In this document: positions 1-15,029 of the stretch, piece by piece | How the letters are laid out: every line of letters starts with the position of its first letter | How positions within the stretch are numbered: the first letter of the stretch is position 1 | Assembly (NCBI GenBank): GCA_012295275.1 | Contig: CM022665.1 | Span: 5,270,001-5,334,000, forward strand | Length of the DNA stretch: 64,000 nt | Source of the DNA: Chrysomallon squamiferum | Taxonomy: Eukaryota > Animalia > Mollusca | Reading direction: 5' to 3' | Translations under genes and position numbers: made by a program | Notes under the pieces: generated by a model | Seen by the model: only the letters and a program-made list of their open reading frames with translations | Databases searched by the model: none | Told to the model about the DNA's origin: nothing

Positions 1-1452
1 AGCCAAATAATTATTTCGGTGATAGGAATTTGTTGATATCAAAGACAGTTTCTATTTCCAGATGTTACACAACTCATATTGCAATTTTCTATAATAATTT
101 TCGTCACCTTTTTAGCAACCGCTTATATTAAATATTTCGCTTTAATATATCTTGGATAATACTCAGTAACGTACTAACGACTGACAGTCTATGCCGTATG
201 TCTCGCAAACTGTCCGTTAGGCCTCAGGCCTGCCATTCTAAAACATGCTATAGACGCGGTAGCCGTATATTAAACTAGTTTCATCTTTATCTTGTGATAT
301 GTAAGAAAATCTTTGAAGTAAGTTTTATTATAAACAGGAGAATTTCATTAAGTACATATTTTAATGTAAAGTAAATAAATATACGGACAAAAATAATGTT
401 GTTGTAACTTCGATTTAAGTGGATGTCATTCGGTGTAAGAGAATGAAGGAGGAGAAATTATGGGAATGATTTGATGAAAAAGTCGTTTCATTAAATAAAT
501 TTTAGACCTTAGATGCATTTAAAATTAATTATTATTACTTCATTTTATTATCTTTTTCTAATTTCTTTTATTTAATCTCGACTGTTTGTGTATGGTTTAG
601 CCTACGAAATAAAATTGTGGTCGGTAACCTCATAGTCGTTGCATTTCACGACAATCACATTACAATATGTAAATTAAATATGTCTTTCACTACCTTTATT
701 GAAACTTAAATGATAAATTACGTGTAAAACAGTTAAAACACAGATTTATATCAATCAAGTAATTTGTTATAAATTTACGACATTGCCATATTTTTGCAGT
801 TCCTGTCAAAGGTCACTTTTTCGAAGCAGATTTTTGAAGTTGATAATATTATGATTATATTCAAATACTGTGACATCCCAGTACTTATTTAAAATAATGT
901 AAGTAATGTATTGTTAATCAAGATTTTGGTGAACATGCTGATGTAAGATAAAGTTGTTTGCAGAATTAGGTCACTGTCATTCATTAACTGATTAGGTCAT
1001 TCACTGATTCAGTTGCACCTCAGGCTGTGCAGCGCTCATAACTAATCCTTAAGCGGTAGCCACAAGGGAGGTGTTGGTTTAGATTCGACGAGTTAGCATA
1101 GCAATGAATGAAAGTCCAATGATACGTAACACAGATTAATAATATTAGTAATAAATATGAGAAAGGAAACTTGAACACTATGAATATGCCTGTATATGGT
1201 GTGTATCGATGAACTGGATAATACTTCGTTCTACAATAGCCAGAATTGGATTATAATTTATAGAGCAGTGTAAAAGCATTATGGTTATACTGTTTAAAGA
1301 GCTTCATTTTGGTTGTAATAACTTTGAGAGGTATACATTTTAAACTTTTTATTCATTTGACATACATATAAATAATATATATATTTTTTTAAATTACAAA
1401 AAAAAAAAAAAAAAAAAAAAAATGAAATAAAATGATTCATTGAATACATTTA

Positions 1453-1487
<35 letters not shown>

Positions 1488-3631
1488 GTCTGTATGTTTG
1501 TATGTCTCTACAGTAAACTCTTTTAGTATCAAATGTCATGCTGTCTTAAAGCAAGATGAGGGTCCTGACTGTTTCTCAATATGAACATGTTGTAATTTGT
1601 ACGTCTGTTTTGAAATTCAAGATTAAAATTCACACAGAATAGGATTAAAGGTGATTACAATTGAATTACTGTATTTGAAATGTTTTTAAGAAATACATTT
1701 GGAAAACAAAAAATGTGTTTCTTCAATCATTTAGTGAGAACCAATGAATTTTTCCACATTATATTCAAACTGACTAGCTGGACAGAAAACCAAGCAGTTG
1801 ACTGTTACAAACCTTTTCCAGAAGTCTCGAAGTAAAAATTTTGTATTAACTCTTTGACAAAATGTTCTGCTGTTATTGATTTTTTTAATATGCAAGATAC
1901 AGGATGTATTTTTACGTGTTGTATATGTATTTCAAAGTTTAAGTTATGTTGTATTTTAATTCAGAGATTTTGATAACAATTAGCTTTTACTGAATACAGG
2001 ATTATTATTTAACTGTTGCCTTGATGAATAACTTAATAAGCAACCTGAGGCAAGATGTTGCAAACACTTCTTACAGTCCTTCTTTTGGGTCCCAAGAGCT
2101 GACATCTCAAGGCGGCGATTTAGGGGTGTAAATAACACTGAAAGGAATATGCTCCCTTCAGGTTGTGAAATGTGATGACCAAAATGTGTTTTTGACATGA
2201 AAACTATCCTGTTTTTGCAGAAACCGCCAGGCAGGTGTTGGAGCCTGTATTATTTGAGAAAATTCATGTAAAAGGAATGAGTGGAAAAGGAAAATCATGT
2301 TCCCCAGTGTTCTTCCTTCACATGGCATTCCACCAGTGCCTGCCTGTCTGCATTTCCCCCACAGTCTGCCATTCCTGTTCAGTATGTTGCTTTCATTCAG
2401 CTTGGTGATTTTTGCAAAGCTTCAACTTTATGGTCATGAAAGTGTTGGATATTGATAAAAATGCACTATCTTAACAGAGAAAAATGGCAAATGGCATTTA
2501 TGTCAGATTAGATTAAACATGAGTTCAATGGATTCAGTTGATGGGAAAAGTGACACCACCCACTCTTATACCTGGATCTGGCATTTCATTTATATTTTCT
2601 GAGTAAGGAACATACATGTGTGCTTACTGGTGTTAGCCAGTTAATAGTTAAGTCTTTATTAGTCAGTCAGTCAGTGTATATATGTGGGTTGCCATCATAG
2701 TAATAACTGTGTGTTACCGATGAACAAGAGTTTTGTTGTTTTTTTCTTATGAACATATCTGTACTAATAATTTTTTCTTTATTAAGTAAATATCCTAGAG
2801 CTAACTCCGTAACTGTTGTCAAAACAAATGGTTTGCAGTTGTTTCAGTGTGTTTCCTGACATTAGAACTGTCCATTGCAGTGTTTGGTTTCCAAGTTACA
2901 GTTGTGATCTAAATTAAAAAAAGCTACATAATTTGACATTCTTAACAGTTTTTGTTTTCTTCAACTGTGTTCTGGATGATAATAATTCATTTTGTCACAA
3001 AAACAATACAGTTGTTCAAATCCCAACACAAAAAAAAAATAGCAAAGTTGTTAATAGAAATGTGTAGACTATTAACAAATGTTTTCACAGTCGGCTGCTG
3101 TTCACCCTTTCCCTTGTTTTTCCATCAGGATGTTGTTAGAATTAATAAAACAAAGTGTAAAATTGCACCCAGGAATGAATGGAATTAAATTGTTCATGTT
3201 TTTTTTTTTCCATGTTACCCAAGTGATTACATAATAATAAATTACATAACATCTCATTCATACAGAATTATCTTTTTTTATCTTTGGAAATGGGACATAC
3301 GCATGATTAGCTGTATATTTACCAAAATAACTTAAATAATTTCGTATAGAGATTTTGGGTAACCTATGTCACACAAGAGTACCCAGTTTGAGAAAACAAT
3401 ATATTACATATGATCAAATAAATTGTTTGTCATAATATTTCTAAAACTAAACTGATCTACTGAATACATTTAATGTTCATCTATATGTGTGTGTATAAAT
3501 ATATGCTATATAATATAATATAATAAATTATATATCATATAGTTGTATGCATAAAAAAGTAATAGTAGTTTAAATTAATTTTGTTTTTCTTACAGACAGT
3601 TTCTGTTCAGTTGGTCAACATTACAAGAATA

Positions 3632-6600
3632 ATGGGTTTCTTCAGTCAGATCAAAACTTGGTTTGTGTTGCACATGTTGCTTGGTTACATCTTCATTACC
3701 AGTGGACTCATCATAACATTTCTGATGTTTCTTTCCTGTGTGATTTATCCATTCAACAAACATCTCTACAGAAAAATAAACATTATTCTGGCTTACAACC
3801 ACTGGTGTCGTATGTATTTTATTATATTTTATTACTCAGTAATGAAGTAATTAAAGCATACACACATATAAACTCACTACAACAAAAGATATCCACATAA
3901 AATGTTTCCTACACTGACACATAATCTGTTTACAAGAGTAAAAAAATAAGAAAGTATGTTTTACCTAATTGTTTAAAAATATTTGATCTTCTAACTTTTT
4001 TTTTTCTTTTAGAAAAGTTATATAGTGTACATTTTTTTCAGAATTTACATTTCTTGCACACTGGTGGGCAGGTTGCGAGTGTTACATGTTCATATCTGAA
4101 GAAGACTTGAAGTATGTTGGCACTGAGCACAGTCTGGTGATCATGAATCACAAATATGACATAGACTGGCTTATGGCTTGGATGTTAGCTGAAAGATATG
4201 GACTGCTTGGGGTATTTACATCATTTACTCAATTGTATACCTTTGTCTAAGATATTTATTCATTTTTAAAATTCATAATTAAATTTGTACCTATGTGTAT
4301 TAGTATTTCTTACTGTATGTTTTTGTTATTGTATATGTGGGATTTATGAAACAGTTTGTGATAATTATATGTTTATAATAATACAGTAGCTATTCTTCCA
4401 AATGAAATTCATTCTTTTTATTTTTTATTTTCATAAGGATTCACTATTTCTCTGTCTGCATGTATATATTATATTAAACAGTGACTCTTTTTCTTTTACC
4501 AGGGGACAAAAATTTATGGTAAAGAAATGTTAAAATATGTACCTCTTATCGGGTGGGCATGGTACTTTACTGAAAGTATTTTTCTCAAGAGAGACTGGGA
4601 GAAGGACCGAGCGACAATAGTGGAGGATTTGAAGAAAGTTACAGATTATCCTGACAACTACTGGGTTACAGTTAGTATAATTTTTCATGTTGGAAATCAC
4701 CAACAACATTTTTTCTAGGATATGCAGATATATTTACTTGCTGCTGGTGGTAAATCCAGCATGAATTTATGTCTTTGCAGTTCAGAGGAGGCAGGATTTA
4801 CTGCTGACAGTGATCCCATTTGTTCTATCTGAATTTAGGCCAGTATCTCCTCTCCTGTTATTTACTGGAATTTCAATCATGTGATAATTCATCACAAAAT
4901 GGCAACCATGTTATCTACTGAACTTGGATAATAAAATTACCTTTATTTTATGATTGTACAATATTAGAAATTAAAAACATTGGGGCTGGAGGGAAACAAA
5001 TTTTTACTTAATTATTTTGCAGATAGAAAGGGCTATAGGGGATGACTCTACAGGCAGCAGCAAGCAAAAAGTTATTTACATGAAGATAAAAACAACAGTA
5101 TATATAATTTTATATATACACATAAAATTTACAACAAATGCATTTTTTCCTTAATATGTATTCCTTTAATACCTTCTTTTTTTTTAATTTCCAAAAAAAA
5201 TAAAAATAAAATAATAATAAAATAAATAATAATAGTTGTGACACTAAATTTGTTTTAGTTACTGCTGTTCCCAGAAGGAACCAGATTCACAGAGAAGAAG
5301 CATGAATCTAGCCTGGAAGTAAGCCGAGCAAAGGGTTACCCACTGATGAAGCATCACCTGCTACCTCGACCAAAAGGATTTGTTCTATCGATGCATGGGT
5401 TCCAAGGCAAAGGTTAAATAAAACATCATAGATTGTTCACTCTGATTCACAACAGGTTGGAAACAAGAGTGGACTCTTTTGTCTCACTGATTGTAAATTG
5501 TTTTTGAAATAATTGCAAATCATTGTCTTTTCTTCTTTTGTCTCTCATTTTATGAAACAGAGGTTGTCAATTTTACTTCTCTTGTTTCATCTGTTTACAG
5601 TTTATTAACAATTTATTTAATGTTTTTATAGTTCGAATAGATATAATCATTTCATGAACTGTACATTTTTGATTCAGTCATTTTTTTTTTATATAGACTG
5701 AACTAGAAAATTATTATTTGAAATTGTTAAATTTAATGTTAATCTTTAATTTGTTCACAGTTATAATATTTTCATTTAGCTACAGCTTTCATGAGTATTA
5801 AAGATTATTGATAAATGTATAATTTTAGAACTTTCTTATCTCTTTTGGTTTATTTTTCTTCTTATCTTTTTCTTCCACAGTTCCAGCAATTTATGACCTG
5901 ACAGTAGCTTTTGACAAAAAATATCCTGAGCCAACATTAATAAATGTTATTCAAGGGAAATCTCTTCTGGCATACATGAATATACGGTAATGTGGTTTCT
6001 TTACTATTACTTGTTACTATTGAAGAGAATAACAAACTGATTCCTGAATATCAGTCTTAAATAAGTTGAAAGAGAACAGAGTAAGACTTTCTTTTGTTTG
6101 TAGCTGATTAAATAGAAGTGAACTGAAACGTATATTTATTGCCTACTTACTTACATTTTTTATTCTTAAGTGGTTGTCCTTAAATTAATTTTATATAAAT
6201 CAGTTTTATATAGTGTGTAAAATTAACATATGGTGGGTGCATATTTTACTTAATACACAAACACATGCACACAGACATACACACACGCATGCGCACTTGC
6301 ACACACACGCACACACACACACACACACACAGATACGAAATCAAATGAATGGAAGTATAAGATTTTTCAATTTAATTTCCAGACGGTTCCCTATAGAAAA
6401 GGTTCCAATTGATACAGATGAAAACTGTGCTGCCTGGCTCAGAAATCTGTTTTTAGAAAAGGTATAAAATATTTTATTTAAGCACCATAGTCATTACACA
6501 GTTCAGCTCAAACAATGAATGGATACCAAGACTATCAGAGAAAATGTCACCATTTCCTAAATAATAATTTTATTGTCATGCCTGGTTAAAAAACAGTTAA

Positions 6601-8488
6601 CACAATGATTGAGAAAAATAATGTATGAACATCATTTTTTAATACCACCAAAAATATGTTTTACGATATTTCGAATCTTATCATTTGTTTATAAACCATT
6701 TAATTAAAACATTTCAAAACAGTTTGGAAAACTTGTATTTTTATCATATATAAGTACAGGTACCAAACCATTTATCTTGCAAGCTAGATGCAAATTCATA
6801 CACTTCTAAAGCAGAGTCTACTTGATCTTTATTAATTCATTTAAAATTAAAAAAACAAATGTTTCCACTTGTCCTTTAGACATGATAATAAATGAAAATG
6901 AGAGCCAAACCTAAATAAATAGTAAATTACTGTGAGAACATCATCACCTCTACAAGGCAGCATTTTCACTTGAACTGGCATTATGGAAACTAAAACAAAG
7001 TGTGCCTACTTCGAAAGTAGCCAGTTTGAAAAATAGCTGGTTTTCTGCATTTTCCTGATAAATGGTTCAGTACCTGTATTCAGCCAGGTATGTTTTATGA
7101 CCCATCTTTATTTGATATTTTTAAATTAAAAATAAAATTCATTCTGTTTTAAATGATGTAATTCGAGACAGTAAACAGCTGTGTTCAGTTCTGTTACTTT
7201 TAATTTTATTTTTGAAGTTACTGTTAAAATTATTATTTTGCAGGATAAAATATATGACACTTTTGTTGAAACCGGTTGTTTCCCTGGGAAGCCTTATAAA
7301 AAGAAGAAAAGGATACAGGATCTTCTTGTGTGGATTTTCTGGGCAGTAATCACTTGCATTCCTCTTTTTAAATACTTAGGAGAGTTATTCTTGTCAGGAA
7401 CCTATTTACAACAGATTGCTTTTCTAGTTGTGGTTTTTATAGGTGGGTGAACAAAACACATTTTTTAATAAATTTTTAATCTTTAGTAATGAATTTAGTT
7501 AAATTATGCTATACTGGTATACATTTTTTCACTTAGTAAGCATGAAGATTGTTCACTGAACAAACTACTTGGTATTTACTGTTATTGAGATTTCAGTATG
7601 AATATGTATTATTATTTTATTTTATTTTTTAGGTTTATGTATTGTCTTGTATTCATAATATTTTTTTCTGTTAATTCATCATTTCCTTTACTGCAACATT
7701 ATATAAATAAGATTTTATTTATTTTATTTTTTATTTTATTTTATTATTTATGTGATGGCATAGGATAACAGACAGGTGTTGCGCTATGTAATTTTGCAGC
7801 TGAATACATCAATAGGTCTTTTTTTTTAAAACCATAAATAGTTTTGAAAACATCTTGACTTTCATGTCTATACAAGTTTTTATCAGTCAATAAAATAAGT
7901 TCTTTGTGTTTTTTGGGGCCTTTCAAAATCTTAATTAAGATTCATCTAAGATATCTGACATCGTACCCCATGCATAACACTGATCTGTAGAATGAGGTTT
8001 ATTTTATTCCACCAAAACCTGAATTTTGATAAATTTCACCACTGAACTGGTTATCCTATGCTGCCACACATTTGTGATATTTTCACTATATGTTTGCGAA
8101 TGAGAGAAAAAAATTAACATGCTAATCAGAGCAAGCTGTTGTGAAGTGTACCTGCGACAGTCACACCTTCTGACAAAGCAAGAGGGCATGTCTGTCATTT
8201 GTATTTAAGTTTAGGCTTTAATCAATTATTTGAGTTCTCTGTGACGGATTGTGTGTATGTATATTAAATTTACAGTTTATTGATAACTTTATTTTTGAAG
8301 TCATCCGGCTTTGTGTGATATTGTGTTCTTTTTATTATTATTATTATTATTGTTTCTTTTTAATCAGATGATTAATCCATTTTGTTTTATTTTCAGTCTC
8401 GTTAATTACTCGATGGATGATAAGTGTCACAGAAACACACAAGGGTTCTTCTTATGGAGTCGAGAATGAAGCAAAAAAGAAGAAATAA
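3632..8488 (+). CDS. AGPAT3: 1-acyl-sn-glycerol-3-phosphate acyltransferase gamma/delta (AGPAT3/AGPAT4-like), 8 coding exons, 381 aa
   Basis: Exons 3632-3809, 4042-4211, 4503-4670, 5259-5412, 5881-5986, 6383-6461, 7244-7442 and 8397-8488 all have GT..AG boundaries and consistent phases, totalling 1146 nt. Acyltransferase motifs: NHKYDID (NHxxxxD), PLIGWAW..ESIFLKRDW, FPEGTRF, HHLLPRPKGF, AIYDLTVAF. C-terminus KGSSYGVENEAKKKK has a dilysine ER-retrieval signal like vertebrate AGPAT3/4. AGPAT3 versus AGPAT4 cannot be resolved (likely co-orthologue). Confidence 0.95.
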
Positions 8489-11400
8489 ATGTTATGTTAG
8501 ACACTCACTTGGATATGCACTCAGTTGATATACTAATTAGTTCAAAACATTTTCCAGTTAATTCCGGTGATTACTTATCTGTTAGTTTTTTAAAAACACT
8601 TTTAATGAACAAAGTATTGATGTAATTTTTAAAAGCATTTGAATTGATTTTTATTTGTTTCGGTTACAGAGTCTTTTGCCATGTTATATTTTGTACTTTT
8701 GCATTTAAAATAACCATATTTTTTCTTTTTCATGTTGTTCTGAATAATTTAAATCACATCTGAAATTGAAGTCCCATTAATTTGAACATATTTTTAAACT
8801 GTAATAAAACTGTCCATATTTTATTGCAAATGAACTGAAATGAATTTAAATCATTTGTTTCATTAAAAATTAGAATTTATTTAGAATAATAAAATTCAGT
8901 TTTGTGTTATTTAAACCAACTACATTTTTTTTTTTTTTTTTTTTTTTTTTTTCATTTCATATACTGTTACTTTTAAAGACAATTTATATTTTTAACTCAT
9001 ATTTTTACTTGTAATTTTGCTGATTAATGTTATTCACTTGAAAAAAAAAAACTATCTTCAAAAATGCCAACCAAAAAACAACAAAAAAACCATGAACTAA
9101 AAACCACTAAATTGATTTAATACGAAAGGTAAAAAAAATTAGCATAAATGATGATCAGGTTTTAGTTTTCATTAATGATTTTACTAAATTAATTTATTAT
9201 TATTATTATTAGTGAAAATGTCTATTTATAACTTACTGTTTGATGCAATCATGGTTCAGAAATTATTTCTGAAAAGTTACAGAAACTTGGTTGTGGTTCT
9301 TGTTTTCTTGCCTTAATATATTAACACTAACCTTATTTTTGTTGTTGTTTAATTTATATTTGGTTGTAAATGATTGTGCACACATTATTATTATATAGTT
9401 AAAAATGTGTGAATGCACACAAAAAGGTGTAGTTAAAAGGGAGAAAACATGAATTCACATAATGATAAGTCTAGAAAAAATATTTATTTTATTTTAACTT
9501 ACTTATTTGTTTATTTATTTATACAATTTTTATTTTATTTTATTATTTATTTATATAATTTTTATATAATGTTTTTTTTATTCTCTTGTGATATTTTAGT
9601 TAAAAATATTAATTAGTTTATAATATGTATTTTGAATTGTTGTTCTTAAGTAGCTTTTTTCAGTCCCATTATTAATTCAAACAGATGTTATGAATAGTGC
9701 AATTATGTGTGAAAGTTGACATTGGTGATTCTAATTCTCTAGAACACTCATTTAAATGGTCTTGTATTATAATAATTTAAAATTATGAATTGTAATATTA
9801 TTTTATTTATTTGGTTTATAATGTTATTCAAATTTTCCTGAGATTACTATTTTTAATTCAAAATATTACATTTATCTTGAATTTTTTTTTTATGACTATA
9901 ATATTCAAATTTGTCTTGAGGTGTAATTTTATTAAAATTTATCTAGGATATAATAACACTGAAATTTCTCTTGGACAGTATCATTCAAATTTGCCATTGG
10001 AAACATTACAAATAAATGTATTGAGAAATGTGATGTGGCCACAATCTTTTTTATTGCAGCTGTTGTTGTATAATTATAAGCTTGTAGATTATCAGTTTTA
10101 TATTATAAAATTTTATTGGTTAATCTTTTGCAATTCGCTGGAAAAGATTAAGGTAATAAGTTATCGCTAAATTTGGTTATTGTTTTAGTGTTTTAATAGA
10201 AAATAGTTCCATTGTTCTTCTAGTTGTAATCAAGTAAAGAGTGAAAACATTGTCTCAGACTGTGCATATTTTACATGCATATATTGTAGTCCTTTTCAAA
10301 TAATTGTTGTTAAAGTTATGCAAGAATGTACATAAAAGATTTTTCTTCCATCGAAACCATGATTTCTGATTCCAGAACCTATTTGCTTAAACCTTTGTTT
10401 TTTTTTGTTGTTGTTTTTCTAAACTAAAAGAAGAATGAAAAGATTAACCCAGTAAAAATTATTGAAGTTACAATGTGCTCGAAGCAATTTTATTCTTTTT
10501 CCTGTAAGAACTACAAACATAGATTATATAAATTAATATTTCTGTTTGTTATAATTAGACCAGTAACATTCCATCCTATATTTGTATTTCTTCTGAGTAC
10601 TCAGATTTGTACTGTGTAATGATGTCATTAAAAAATGAAAATGGCAGGTTAAAGTCAAATTACAGGCAGCTATTAATCATCATACAGTTCATTTTCTGAA
10701 ACCACAAATAGACTTTAGGTTTTATTTGTGAGAAAAAACTTTCAGTAATACTTTTAAGGTCAGAAAATAAGGTGAAACTGTATAAACAGAATTACACAAG
10801 TGATCTTTTGTGCAACACTGAACAAAATAATAAAAAAAAATTAAATGTATCTGTCAGTAAGCTTTTTAAATAATGGATTATCAACCAATATAATTAAAGA
10901 AGATACAAAATTTATTAAAATAATAAAACTTAATAATTAATATTTTGATAATCAGTTTGCTTTATAATGTAAATGATTTAACAAATATTATGAACAAAAT
11001 GAATTGGAATAAAAAGACCACGATTTCATTGCATGATCTATATGTAAATGCTAATTACATGACTATTAACTAATAGTAACATCTATGCTACATGATATAT
11101 TTTGCTATATTTAAGGACTGAACACCTGTTGTTGTTTTTTTAAATAATTGTTCATAATTGTTAATGATTTATTTTTTATTGTTTTGTTAAAAGTTAATGA
11201 TGCTTTTTGTTCATTATAGCTGTTTCATCCTGTTATTTCAATCAGAAATGTCAAAACTGATAAAAAAAATATGGCTTTTATAAAGCCAACATAATTTTTT
11301 TTTAATATCCATGTCATTTTATATTGCAAATTGACTGGTAGTTAACAAGAATTAAAATAATTTATTACAATATTAACCCATTAACAGTGAATTCTTTATT

Positions 11401-13289
11401 ATTATTATTTATTTATAAGTATTTTTCAAGAAATTTAATATATATATATTTTTTTTTCTTTCTAACATTTTTTTTTTTTATCTTCAAACAATATCAGGAA
11501 GTCCAAGAACAAAAAAAAATCTGTTTTTTTTTACATTGTTTTTGTTTATATTCAATGAAATGAAGAATGATTGTTTTGGTTTGTTCAGTTTATTTTAATG
11601 CTAATGTTTAATATATATAAATAAATATATATATATATATATATATAATTTACAAGTGATGTCACAGTGTTCAGAACTTTCGATTGTTTGTGGCAAACTT
11701 ATACATGCATTTGACATTTGACCTGAGCAGGGTAAAGCTGATATCTTAAGACATTAAATGGTTATTTCTTTCATCCTGCAGTCATTAATAATACAAAATT
11801 AAATTAAATTAGCTGTTTTATTTCTCAAATCACCACTCTCAAGAGTAGCAGATTCATGCAAACTGATTTCTTGTTGTTTAAAAAAAATATATACACCAAA
11901 ACATAATAGTTTTAAAATTATAATTTATTATTTTTTTAAATGAAAACCATTTTCAATATGGCCTTTTAAAATCTAAACCAACAACTGCAACTATACTTAT
12001 ATATATGTATGTATGTATGTAAACAACAAATAATTCATTGAAAGAAACTTAGTTCCATCCCAGTTTAGAAATTAGACATTTCTCTAGTTGTCATATTTTG
12101 CACTGTGTACAGTGATAGTGATAACAATATATATATATAAAATGTCACATAATTTAAGAAGATGAGAAAACATAATTTAAATAATTAACATTTTGGAAAT
12201 ACAAACAAGGATGCATCAGTTCTGAAACAGTGAATATAATTATTTTATATCAAAGAAATGTTAGCATTAAATTAAACCTCTAAACAGCAGATTTGAAATA
12301 TTTTCATGGTCATTTTTTTTTTTATTCCAAAATTGTTTTTTACCTTTCAGTTTTTTATAATTATTATTTGATTAATTTTATTTATTGATTTATTAATTTT
12401 TTGTAATGTTCAAAATTTTTTGCAAGATTTTAAAGATAAACAATTACCTCATTTAAAGCAAGAACCCCTTTGTTTCTGATAAAGTATTTTTCAAATTATT
12501 ATTATTATTATTATGATTTGTTTTGGATTTGGTTAACAAAATTTCTAACAGCAAACCAATGATGCCTACCACAGTTTTGAAATGATTTTTACATTTGTTC
12601 CTTTGATGATTGTTAATGTATAATGTTCTGCAATAAATAAAACCGAAACAATTTTTTTTTGTTTTATTTTTAGAAATACAAACATGTGTCTTCTGATTAA
12701 AATACCTAAACACTGAGATTTGTATAAAATAAAAATTTAATAAGATCATGGAACATACTGATTGAAGTCATATCTGAACACCAGCACAAATACTGATAAA
12801 ATCTCAGTATATCTGTGATCAAATTAGCAAAATCTGTTACATATTTGTCTTAAAAAATAAATTTGAATAGCAAACATTGTGAGCCTCAAACGCTCTCTAA
12901 AGTGGAAACACAGAAGATAGGGAGATATTAATAGTTTACATTATTCCCATGTAATTTTTTTATTGTAAGATGCATTTTTGTATATTATTATTATTAGAAT
13001 GATAGTTAAATTAGATTAAAAATGAAAAAAAAAAAAAAAAAATTTCTCCATTCAGATATTGTTGCTTGATACGTTTTGAAAACATGACAGAAGCAAAGCA
13101 TCTGTTATCTCATGAATCAAGAGACAGCATGGTTTTGTAAATCTTTTTCAAAGGACTTAAATATTAAAATACACTTGTTTAAATCATGGTTATATTTTAG
13201 CCCAGATTTAACTTACCTCCAATGTGACATGTTTATTCAAAACATTCAATAATTTATTTAATTGCAGTTAAACACTGTCAGGTAAGATA

Positions 13290-13455
13290 TCGAATATTGT
13301 TGGCAGAACCATTTCTTGTTTCCCTGTCCTTTCTAGTGTCAGTGATTGGTATGATAATGTTCTGTCTGTAGGAAAGACCTATTGCTGTCAGTGGAAAATT
13401 GTTACTGGTTTCCTCTTAAGACTTTTTCTGAATAATATTAGGAATTCTTGATACA
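13290..13455 (+). mobile_element. Degenerate SINE-like fragment (probably same family as 61868-62040)
   Basis: GC-richer patch with 'ttgctgtcagtggaaaattgttactggtttcctcttaagact'. The ggtttcctct core matches the reverse complement of agaggaaaacc at 61872-61905 apart from one base. The family assignment is from recollection of gastropod SINE bodies, not a search. Confidence 0.3.
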
Positions 13456-13650
13456 AAAATTAAAAAAGAAAAGACATCTGACCTATGTATTATACAATAA
13501 ATTAAAAAAAAAAAAAAAAAAAAAGACTTGTTCTGTAATAAACCTTGGCATCTATTTTGTAATAAAATGTGACCCATTCTGTAATAATATATTAAAGTAT
13601 GTTTTTAAAATTTGAAAATAAGAATGCCACTTAATAATATATAATTTAAC

Positions 13651-13712
<62 letters not shown>

Positions 13713-13979
13713 TCTTAATTTGAATGGAAGACAAGAACATAGTTTTTATCCCTTGCTATGAATTTGTAGTTAATAGTCAGAAGGTGTGTATAATATTTTT
13801 ATTATTCATTGCTGTCAAAATGAAATATTGCTGTAGCTTATTTTAAAGATGTTCAACAGGAGGCCTTGTTTCCTTAATAAAAGTCTGCGTAAGAAATAAA
13901 AACAAAATAAAAGTAAATAAAAATAAGTGTTTTGTCCATTTTAAGATTTGTTTATAATATTAATGTCTTATATCTTATA

Positions 13980-14526
13980 CAGTATACCCTCACCTGTTCG
14001 CGGTTCCCCATTCGCGGTCCCGCATATTCGCGGGTTAGGCTCTTAACCCTATCGCATCGTATGCTGGTATACCAGGCTGGCGTCATAACGTCATAAAAAC
14101 AAATGCTTGGTAAACCGGGTTTTTGTAGGTCATAGAGACTTTTCGACCTTTAAGAAACTCATTGAGGAGAAGGGATACAAGCCAGAGCAGGTCTTCAAAA
14201 TGACTTTACGGTACAGTAATACAGTATGGGTATCTATGCTATGCGGTGTTACTGTCCTCCTGTACTTACGTTTCTTTCTGATTAAAATATTGTTTCAGTA
14301 CAAAATTAAAATGTGTTTACATTATCATTACTACATTAGTGAAATACATAACTGCATGCAATATTACTACATTATTACTGTAGTAATGAGTAAGAGTGTC
14401 TTTAGAAAGTGTTTGGGAAGCATTTAGTACCGTATATAATCTCATAATAGACGTTTTAAAACTGCATCCAATATTCGCGGTTTTTCGCTAAAGAACGTAA
14501 CCCCCGCGAATAGCGAGGGAATACTG
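13980..14526 (+). mobile_element. Tigger/pogo-family (Tc1/mariner superfamily) internally deleted DNA transposon / MITE
   Basis: Imperfect TIRs cagtataccctcacctgttcgcgg (13980) and ccgcgaatagcgagggaatactg (ends 14526), flanked by TA on both sides (13978-79, 14527-28). Subterminal ttcgcgg repeats. Internal remnant at about 14149-14196 encodes FKKLIEEKGYKPEQVF, typical of the segment just before the first catalytic Asp (N.DET) of Tigger transposases. Confidence 0.85.
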
Positions 14527-15029
14527 TATCTGCATTCAAATTCATCTTGTTTATACTCTTTTTTTTTTTTTTTTTTTCTGTAACAGAATGATTTTTATGG
14601 CCGTTTTTGCATATATTTTAGAGAAAATATATCGGAAAAAAGATATAAACACACGTATATATTAACCATTTTATACCAGAAAGGGATGATCGAACATTTA
14701 TTAAAAACGTAATAATTTGCACGACTAAAATATTTTGTGCATAAATGCATGTGCTCATGTACATACACGAATAGTAAATGCATGTTGTAAAATAAATTAA
14801 GGATACCTATATATCTGGTAATAAGAACGAATAATAGAAAGAATGAAGTGTGTCAGTTCATATATGTGCTAATTATCTATAATTATACCAACACTATTAT
14901 CACAGATATAATGCAGATCAAGCAGGTTTGTAGAGGTGCATAATTAGGCATTCTAATTTGTAAACAAGTTCTAAAAATAGCCGATAAAACATTCTTAGAT
15001 GCTATAGCTAAATCAACGACCTATTCTAG

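Noticed and set aside
1511-1671. Possible old Tc1/mariner MITE (ta-cagtaaactc ... gaattactg-ta)
   Set aside because: Inverted match is only about 10 bp and imperfect in AT-rich DNA; not enough support.
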